Below are positions 22,890 through 29,465 of a stretch of DNA of 29,465 nucleotides, piece by piece; within the stretch, counting starts at the first letter, position 1, and every line of letters begins with the position of its first letter. The DNA is from a virus. The notes beneath the pieces are model-generated. The model had not been told where the DNA came from. It did not search any database and saw nothing but the letters and a program-made list of their open reading frames with translations. Location: positions 1 to 29,465 of IMG/VR virus record IMGVR_UViG_3300023281_000789, one strand, 5' to 3'. The translations under genes and the position numbers were made by a program.

Positions 22890-25220
22890 ATGAATGTAAT
22901 CACACAACCTTCAGAACATATGGGAGCGTATTCAGCGATACCCCTAAGAGTATTCGATACAGACGCTGAGTTATCGGACAATTATAAATACATCATTAAC
23001 ATCCTTTGGGATAAGGTTGAATTCAGTGGAACCTCATCCGCTAATATAAATGGTATAGTATTAACGTCCCTACTCACAACCACCCCTCATAGTTTCACTA
23101 AGGGTGATACAGTATTTGTTAATGATATAGATAATGGTGATGAACACACCAATTATTATATCGTCAGAAGTATTATAGATGAGTATACGATAGTATTAGA
23201 TATATTATGGGAAATACCCTACGGACCTAATTTAGAATCTACTGTGAGTAGAGTTATAAAATATAAATTAAACCCAGATTTAGAGAATGAATGTAAATTG
23301 GATTTATCAAATACATTAAAAGATTTTGTATCACAGAACTTAGATGATACCATTTCTGATTTACCCTTCTTAGGGGACACCACAAGATTTGATTATGATT
23401 TATCAATAGGTAGTGAATCACAATATGTATTACGATTTGAAGATAATAGATTTGAGGGTGGTAATGTAGGTTTCTTAACAGAGTCATTTACAGGTGTTAC
23501 AGACACACCATTCCAAATAGGAGACCAAATACAAGTATCACAAGATATAGAGGAGTGGCCTTACACAGATAATTTCTTCTTTGGTGGTAACATAGGTTTC
23601 ACAGGTACTACTAATCATAACTTCTTAAGTGGACAAACGATACAAGTGGTAGGACAGGTTACCAACCCACAATATAATGGATTTACAACAATAGTTGATG
23701 TACCTACTTCAGACTCATTAGTAACGAGTGTAGGATTTGGATTTAGTTCACCAGTGGAAGGGGGTAGTATATATGGTACAAGTCGTCCTTCTTATAATGG
23801 TGTATCAACGATTATAGATATTGTTACCGCTACAACTGGAGTTATATTGGTTGTAGATAAACCATTTACTACCGCTAGTGGTGAGATAGGTGGTTCGATT
23901 CGTTTCGCTGATGGTAGGATAACCCCTATATTTAATGAAGCGTCTATATCAGATTTAAAGTGTTATAACGCACATATAAACAGATTAGATTATACAGTAG
24001 ATTCTTTTGAACCATATTACATAGACCCAGTTGATTGTACAGGTTCTACTTTTGATAATAAGATATCTACATTCTTAACACATAACAACCCTTCACAGAA
24101 ATATAGAATAGAACCTTCTACAAAATCATTCCTATTGACTCACACAGACACAGGGAGTACTTCTAATGGATTAGGATTTGATTTCTATAATAGTAATAAC
24201 GAACTCTTAGGAAAGGTGTCACAACAAAGTATTTTCTATGAGGATATGTATTCACCAATTGGATTAGAACAACTCGCTACGAACATAGGTAGTTACATTC
24301 AACTTAGTGGTGTAACATCAGACCCCTTTACAAGTTATAGTGGTAGTGTTGATAATTACTCAGTATATCTGTCATCCGATTGTGGTGACTGTTGTGAGTG
24401 TGATATCTACTTCGATGCGTATTACAAAGATTTAACAACAGAGTTAGAAATACTCTATACCAAACAGAGTGGTACTTTAGGAGGTTATAATTACTTTTAT
24501 GGGACTTTAAGTGGGGGAACGATAGAAACACAACTATGGTATATAGATGATATCACACCCGCACCCGATAGAGGATGGTATTTAACAGAAAGAGGTGTAA
24601 CAGAATTTTCAGCGGTAACTCAGTTCTACGCTTACGATAAAGCCAATGACACATTCTGTCCTGTATTAACTGATACCCAACAAGAGTGGGCAGCACCAGT
24701 AAGTTCAATAATCGGATTAAATATAAATCAAGGTTTTACATTTATCTTAGATAGTGTAAGAGCGATATCAGAAAAAGTATGGTTTGAAATCAATGATGAT
24801 TGTTCTGATTATGAAGTATATCATTTGATGTGGAAGGACAGATATGGTAGTTGGTTAAGTTACCCCTTCATTTATTGGAGTAAGGACTTTACAGAGGTTG
24901 AGAGAAGTACCTATTACAAAACTGAGGGTAATTGGAATGATGATACATATGGTTACGACCCTTATGGTAGAGGTGAGACTCAATACTTTGGTAGAAGTAG
25001 AGATAAGGTAACAATCAATAGTGGATGGGTTAAAGATTATGAGAATGATTTGATTAAAGATTTATTAGAATCGACATCAGTATATTTACAAGACCCAGAA
25101 GGTAGACTATTGGCTTGTATATTAGAAGAAAAATCATTAGAGTTCAAAAAGAACAACCAAATAATGATATACAATTATACAATGTCAGTACGATTAAGTA
25201 ACAATGAAGTAAGATTCTAA
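22890..25220 (+). CDS. Large virion tail/baseplate protein
   Basis: 776-aa ORF in the tail block, G/T/S/N-rich, with Cys cluster DCGDCCECD. No enzymatic motif recognised. Confidence 0.6.
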   Translation: MNVITQPSEHMGAYSAIPLRVFDTDAELSDNYKYIINILWDKVEFSGTSSANINGIVLTSLLTTTPHSFTKGDTVFVNDIDNGDEHTNYYIVRSIIDEYTIVLDILWEIPYGPNLESTVSRVIKYKLNPDLENECKLDLSNTLKDFVSQNLDDTISDLPFLGDTTRFDYDLSIGSESQYVLRFEDNRFEGGNVGFLTESFTGVTDTPFQIGDQIQVSQDIEEWPYTDNFFFGGNIGFTGTTNHNFLSGQTIQVVGQVTNPQYNGFTTIVDVPTSDSLVTSVGFGFSSPVEGGSIYGTSRPSYNGVSTIIDIVTATTGVILVVDKPFTTASGEIGGSIRFADGRITPIFNEASISDLKCYNAHINRLDYTVDSFEPYYIDPVDCTGSTFDNKISTFLTHNNPSQKYRIEPSTKSFLLTHTDTGSTSNGLGFDFYNSNNELLGKVSQQSIFYEDMYSPIGLEQLATNIGSYIQLSGVTSDPFTSYSGSVDNYSVYLSSDCGDCCECDIYFDAYYKDLTTELEILYTKQSGTLGGYNYFYGTLSGGTIETQLWYIDDITPAPDRGWYLTERGVTEFSAVTQFYAYDKANDTFCPVLTDTQQEWAAPVSSIIGLNINQGFTFILDSVRAISEKVWFEINDDCSDYEVYHLMWKDRYGSWLSYPFIYWSKDFTEVERSTYYKTEGNWNDDTYGYDPYGRGETQYFGRSRDKVTINSGWVKDYENDLIKDLLESTSVYLQDPEGRLLACILEEKSLEFKKNNQIMIYNYTMSVRLSNNEVRF

Positions 25221-25237
25221 ATCCTACACACTATAAT
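25220..25237 (+). promoter_or_regulatory. Class I element AATCCTACACACTATAAT (plus orientation)
   Basis: Begins at the last base of the stop codon of 22890-25220. It lies 45 nt upstream of ATG 25283 and is followed by GAATAGGATAAT, as in the 21014 copy. Confidence 0.65.
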
Positions 25238-25282
25238 AGTAGATAAACAGAATAGGATAATATATATTTTAAATAAAAGATT

Positions 25283-25462
25283 ATGAATTTATCAGAATAC
25301 TGGAAAGAATTATTTGAAAGGGTATCGTTAGATGATAATGGTAACTTAAATTGTGTAATAGTCACCCCTCAGAATCCTATAGTAAAAGGGGTATCTGAAT
25401 ATGGTACTATCAAATTAGTAGAATTATCACCAGAGGGATATATATACATCTATCTAGCGTAA
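25283..25462 (+). CDS. 59-aa protein carrying only the shared fibre N-terminal motif (below the ORF-track cutoff)
   Basis: MNLSEYWKELFERVSLDDNGNLNCVIV... aligns with the N-termini of ORFs 25488 and 12563. ATG start, TAA at 25460-25462. Confidence 0.5.
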   Translation: MNLSEYWKELFERVSLDDNGNLNCVIVTPQNPIVKGVSEYGTIKLVELSPEGYIYIYLA

Positions 25463-25487
25463 TAAAAAGTATTAAAAAAAATAAGAA

Positions 25488-27329
25488 ATGAGTGAAAACG
25501 TAAACAATCAATATGACTTCTTTAAGATAGTAAACCTATCAGCGGATGGAGCCATAGGAGTAAATGTCATCAGTGGAGGAACTGGTGGAGGTGGAGGTGT
25601 AACCAATACCGTAGTAGGAACTAATGGAATAACAAATGTAGGAACGAATGTGAACGCTGACTTAACTCCAACCTATGGTACGTTAGCGAACACAGTCTGT
25701 GAAGGTAATGATGTTAGACTTAGTGGTGTTAGGTCTGTTACAGGATTAAATACAGATAACACAGACCCTCAAAACCCTATAGTTCAAATAAGGGTAGATG
25801 GTTCAACAATTACAGGAGCGGGTACTCCAGCTGACCCTTTGGTTAGTGTTGGTGGTACAGATACTTTTGTAATATCTGGAACTTATGTAGATTCTACAGA
25901 TACTTTAGCGTTATTAAGAAATGATGGGAACTTTGTAAATGTAACAGGAATTACAGATTCATTTGTAACAGCTTCAACATTAAACGTTACTACTTTAGAG
26001 TTAGCTAGAAACAATGGACTACCAACTCTAACAACAGATTTATCTTCACTATCAACTGGAGGTGGAGTATTAACCCCTACAATTAACAGTAATACAATAA
26101 AAGAAGTTTCAGTAGAATCTGACTTTGGGGTTGTTAGTGGTGGAATAATTTCATTGTCAGCAAACACAACATATATTGTAAGAGGACAGGTCAATATTAC
26201 AAATACCCTTGATGTTAGTTTAGGTAATATTATAATGGGGTTCAATAGAGATGTTGATGGTTTAATGTATTTAGGGACTGGGAATATGATTACTGTTACA
26301 GATGAGGATTTTACTCTTAGAAATCTTAAATTAAAAAGTAGTACAGCTGCAGGTAAATTATTGGACGCTACTAATATAACAGTAGCTTCAGCTGATAACA
26401 ATGGTAGAACTAAGATTTTAGAATTGGATAGTCTATTAGTAGAAAGAGCTAGTAATGTTTGGACTATAAGAGGGTTTGAACTTGTAGATGTATTTAATTG
26501 TTTATTCCGTTTTATAGCTGATGGAACTATTGGTTGTCAATTTCAAAGTAATAGACATTTAGAAATTACTTCGTGTGAGTTTTTTAATTGGTATGAAGAA
26601 GGTAACTTCTCTAATTTAGATTTATATAGACTGATAGAACTCTTACCAAATTGGACATCTGGTGTAGGATTTGGAGCCACTAACATTAATGGTTCAATCG
26701 TACATCCCCATACCATTCAGACAGGTTTGTATGTAGATAGTGGTAGTACAACGGGGTTTGGTGTAGTAGCTTCAAATACATTTACTGATACAGATTTAAC
26801 TACTGGTGTATTAAAAAATATGGATTACGATTTACAAAACACTTTTATAGTACAATCAAATCAAGGGATACCTAACGCTAACGCAGTATCAACAATGTCG
26901 TTAGTTGGTAATTTAGTTTATTTAGAAAATTCAGTTACCAACCCAATCACATTTAATGGTGGAAGTACTGTTGGTGGTGGAGGGTTTACAACCCCAATTA
27001 CATTCCCCACATCAAGAAGGGTAATCACTAGTGAACCTAACGCAAGTTTAACATACAACACACTTATACCATCTACCTTTTTTGTAATGGTTACAGCAAC
27101 AGTTCAACAATCTGGTAATGGGGTAATTACAATGAGACTTAGAGGTAATGGTGTACCAATAACATCATCTATTGGAACGACACAGATAAGGTCTGGTAAT
27201 TCTGAGTTATTATCATTTAGTGTTATAGGTGAAGCAGCGTTTGGAGATGTATTTGATGTAGAGGTTCAAAGTTCTACTGCGGCTAATGTATTAGTTAGTA
27301 ACTTCACATTAAACGGATACCAAATATAA
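25488..27329 (+). CDS. Tail fibre / receptor-binding protein
   Basis: 613 aa with N-terminal QYDFFKIVNLSADGAIGV motif and Gly run GGTGGGGGV. The body is T/N/G/V-rich and beta-rich. It is followed by a strong terminator. Confidence 0.6.
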   Translation: MSENVNNQYDFFKIVNLSADGAIGVNVISGGTGGGGGVTNTVVGTNGITNVGTNVNADLTPTYGTLANTVCEGNDVRLSGVRSVTGLNTDNTDPQNPIVQIRVDGSTITGAGTPADPLVSVGGTDTFVISGTYVDSTDTLALLRNDGNFVNVTGITDSFVTASTLNVTTLELARNNGLPTLTTDLSSLSTGGGVLTPTINSNTIKEVSVESDFGVVSGGIISLSANTTYIVRGQVNITNTLDVSLGNIIMGFNRDVDGLMYLGTGNMITVTDEDFTLRNLKLKSSTAAGKLLDATNITVASADNNGRTKILELDSLLVERASNVWTIRGFELVDVFNCLFRFIADGTIGCQFQSNRHLEITSCEFFNWYEEGNFSNLDLYRLIELLPNWTSGVGFGATNINGSIVHPHTIQTGLYVDSGSTTGFGVVASNTFTDTDLTTGVLKNMDYDLQNTFIVQSNQGIPNANAVSTMSLVGNLVYLENSVTNPITFNGGSTVGGGGFTTPITFPTSRRVITSEPNASLTYNTLIPSTFFVMVTATVQQSGNGVITMRLRGNGVPITSSIGTTQIRSGNSELLSFSVIGEAAFGDVFDVEVQSSTAANVLVSNFTLNGYQI

Positions 27330-27353
27330 AATATTTATATGTATATGAAATAA

Positions 27354-27380
27354 CCCCTACTATTACAGTGGGGGTTTTTT
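27354..27380 (+). terminator. Rho-independent terminator
   Basis: cccctac-tattaca-gtggggg (7 pairs including one G-U) followed by T6. Confidence 0.75.
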
Positions 27381-27403
27381 GTTTAAAAACATTATCACAG
27401 ATT

Positions 27404-27420
27404 TAATATTTATAATAAAA
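27404..27420 (+). promoter_or_regulatory. Class III element TAATATTTATAATAAAA
   Basis: 17/17 identical to 21068-21084. It ends 7 nt before ATG 27428, just downstream of terminator 27354-27380. Confidence 0.5.
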
Positions 27421-27427
27421 GAGTAAT

Positions 27428-29465
27428 ATGAATAAGTATATTATAGAAGCCAACGGAAAACCCTTAGATACCTTTGATGATTTTAATATATCCTTAAACT
27501 ATCAAATTGAGGATATTATGGATATCACCAAAAGGAAGACTAACTTTTCTAAAACGATAGAATTACCAGGTACAAAGAATAATAATCTATTCTTCCAACA
27601 GATATTTGATGTCAACATTGACAATATAAACTTCAACCCCAATATAAGGATACCAGCCAACATCAGAATAGGGGATAATGATATTCTGAATGGTAACCTT
27701 CAATTGATAAATATAATCTCTGAGAACGAAGATGTTAGATATGAGGTTGTGGTAGCGGGTACACTTAAAGATATTATAAATACATTTCAAGATTATTATA
27801 TTTCTGATTTGGATTATAGTGAATACAATCACGAAAGAAATCGACAGAACATTATAGATAGTTGGACTCATTTATTACAGATAAATGGATTAGAACAACA
27901 AACAGAAATTGGTAAGGGTTATGTATACCCTTATATAGTTACAGGTGGTAATGATGATATCACTGATAATTGGTACGTCTATGACGCTTATCCAGCGGTG
28001 TACGTTAAAGACATTATGGATAGGATATTTAGGTTCTCAGACTTCACCTATACGTCTGATTTCTTAGACTCAGATTATTTTAAAAGTTTGATTATACCCT
28101 TTTCAGAAAATAAACTACAAATTAATAAGGAAGAACAGGAAGAGAGAAAGGTATTTGTTGGTGTAGATGGTTCATTACCAGAATTTGATGGTGGTAGTAC
28201 AGGTAGTGGGTATAGTGATTTATTTGGTAATAAAGTAATTCTGTGGGGACAACCTTGGTTTTACAATAATTCTCTTAATTATAGATTCAGACTTAATAGA
28301 GATAGTGGTACTGTAGGTGATATTGAATTTCAAGATTTATCAGACCAATGGGATGAATTGGCTTTCACATCTCAGAATCAAGGTTATTACGATGTTAGTT
28401 TGGACGCTCAGTTGGTACCTAAATGGTTCTCACAACAAGGACAAGATATAAGATGGAAAGGTGATGGTAATGTAGAGTATATATATTATCTCTTAAAGGT
28501 ACCAGCGAATGGTTCTCCATCATCAATAATAGATAGTTCACAAGGTGACTACGACCCAGCGAATGGAGTATATCCTACACAACTATATCAACCCTCAAAT
28601 TCAATTGATAACTCGTCACCTTGGTATGATACTGACGCCAATTTAAATATTGGTTTATCAGCGGAGAATCTATGGATGGAAGAAGGTGATAGACTTGTGG
28701 TTAGATTTGGTGTACGTTGGCCTGATGATGTCAGATGGGATATTGATGGGATTATTACAGGACAAAATGAGAAAATGAGGTTACGTATGACGTTAGCGGA
28801 GTCTGTTAATGGTACCCCTACCAAATTAGAAGTTACTACGGCGTCTAACACATCCTATGGTAATGAAGATATCAATATAAATCAGATTGTACCTAAGATA
28901 AAGATGAAAGATTTCTTTATGAATATTACAAAGATGTTTAACCTCATCATACAAGACAATCCAAACGTACCAAACGATTTGATTATTGAACCGAGGGATG
29001 ATTTCTTTAACAGTCGTAATAAGGTAAAAGATTGGACACAGATATTAGATAACGATTCAGAGATTAAAATCACTCCTATGAGTGAATTGGACGCTAATAC
29101 ATATAGATATAAATACAAAAAAGATACTGATTTCTTCAATGAGAAGTATTTGAGTGAGACTGGAAAGGAATATGGTGAAGTTAAGATAGATGTAATTAAC
29201 GATTTCTCTGAAAAAACTGTAAAGAATGAGTTGATATTCTCCCCTACACCAAATTCAGAGTTGTTTATTAAGGATAGAGTGGCTCCGTTTTTTGTAGATA
29301 TACAGAATCAGAACAATTTATCACCAAAGAAAGTCAATCATAGGATACTTTTCTATAGTGGTTTATTGGATTGTGAGACATTTACACTCGCTGATGATGA
29401 GAATACTACCACAGAGTTGACAACGTTGACTCAATACCCTTATTGTGGTATGTATAATTCTCCTT
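27428..29465 (+). CDS. 5' part of the wrap-around ~1012-aa tail/baseplate-fibre protein (continues at 1..1056)
   Basis: I translated the frame from ATG 27428 to the window end by hand and found no stop. It is absent from the ORF track only because it has no stop inside the window. The N-terminus (NISLNYQIEDIMDITKRKTNFSKTIELPGTKNN) is reminiscent of distal-tail/baseplate proteins. Confidence 0.8.
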   Translation, partial: MNKYIIEANGKPLDTFDDFNISLNYQIEDIMDITKRKTNFSKTIELPGTKNNNLFFQQIFDVNIDNINFNPNIRIPANIRIGDNDILNGNLQLINIISENEDVRYEVVVAGTLKDIINTFQDYYISDLDYSEYNHERNRQNIIDSWTHLLQINGLEQQTEIGKGYVYPYIVTGGNDDITDNWYVYDAYPAVYVKDIMDRIFRFSDFTYTSDFLDSDYFKSLIIPFSENKLQINKEEQEERKVFVGVDGSLPEFDGGSTGSGYSDLFGNKVILWGQPWFYNNSLNYRFRLNRDSGTVGDIEFQDLSDQWDELAFTSQNQGYYDVSLDAQLVPKWFSQQGQDIRWKGDGNVEYIYYLLKVPANGSPSSIIDSSQGDYDPANGVYPTQLYQPSNSIDNSSPWYDTDANLNIGLSAENLWMEEGDRLVVRFGVRWPDDVRWDIDGIITGQNEKMRLRMTLAESVNGTPTKLEVTTASNTSYGNEDININQIVPKIKMKDFFMNITKMFNLIIQDNPNVPNDLIIEPRDDFFNSRNKVKDWTQILDNDSEIKITPMSELDANTYRYKYKKDTDFFNEKYLSETGKEYGEVKIDVINDFSEKTVKNELIFSPTPNSELFIKDRVAPFFVDIQNQNNLSPKKVNHRILFYSGLLDCETFTLADDENTTTELTTLTQYPYCGMYNSP
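29411..29465. repeat. Terminal direct repeat, copy 2 (identical to 1-55)
   Basis: Exact 55-nt match to the window start. This is typical of an assembler overlap on a circular or circularly permuted molecule. Confidence 0.95.

Noticed and set aside
54-29139. About 30 minus-strand ORFs of 60-172 aa in the track, for example 54-251, 1075-1293, 1678-1896, 2867-3067, 3533-3886, 6913-7284, 7652-7936, 14123-14464 (+), 20631-20930, 25883-26401, 27587-27871 and 28588-28851.
   Set aside because: Each lies entirely antisense to, or inside, a much longer ORF with clear protein-like composition. Their translations are low-complexity S/L/I/F-rich strings typical of the antisense frame in AT-rich DNA. None has its own conserved upstream element or terminator.
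1-29465. Lysogeny module, CRISPR array, tRNAs, toxin-antitoxin pairs, DGR or retron elements.
   Set aside because: No integrase, excisionase or CI-like ORF was found, and no reverse-transcriptase motifs (YxDD). There are no repeat-spacer arrays and no cloverleaf-capable intergenic segments. The fibre N-terminus at 1157 has an Mtd-like pattern, but there is no template repeat or RT nearby.

Overview
The window is a complete, circularly closed genome of a small AT-rich tailed dsDNA phage. Bases 29411-29465 exactly repeat bases 1-55, so the unit length is 29,410 bp. One ~1012-aa tail gene (27428 -> end -> 1056) wraps the junction. I count about 36 protein genes, 35 on the + strand and one (13612-14604) on the - strand, tightly packed with many ATGA/TAATG start-stop overlaps.

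Modules:
- Early/regulatory block 14830-19456: two sigma-70/ECF-like proteins, a PD-(D/E)xK-like nuclease, a GNAT/DUF4338-like protein, and small Zn-ribbon and membrane proteins.
- Packaging: TerS 19458-19844 and TerL 19819-21015.
- Tail block 21096 -> wrap -> 5348: a tail assembly chaperone with a T9 -1 frameshift site, a gp10-like neck protein, 776/613/1012/416-aa tail and fibre proteins, and a 971-aa tape measure.
- Head block 5396-12066: XkdF-like protease, holin, acidic scaffold, major capsid, portal and a MuF-like protein, with an embedded minimal SET-domain methyltransferase.

The absence of Shine-Dalgarno motifs, the A/T-rich leaders and the codon usage suggest a Bacteroidota (Flavobacteriia-like) host; this is inference. 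I saw no integrase, repressor, tRNA, CRISPR array, canonical DNA/RNA polymerase or recognisable endolysin.

Most interesting observations:
1. Three classes of highly conserved promoter-like elements. The main one is a five-copy 18-nt element, AATCCTACACACTATAAT, whose core resembles T7/SP6-group promoters. The genome has no canonical single-subunit RNAP, but it does have two sigma-like genes and a divergent 330-aa gene carrying RGR / D..S..Q / HDS motifs in polymerase order.
2. A vSET-like SET-domain gene next to a MuF-like gene.
3. A G/GT-type frameshift that the ORF track does not show.
4. A shared N-terminal motif on three fibre-like ORFs, one of which has a PT linker, a Cys cluster and an in-frame A9 tract.

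All functional calls come from reading the translations by eye. No database search was run.
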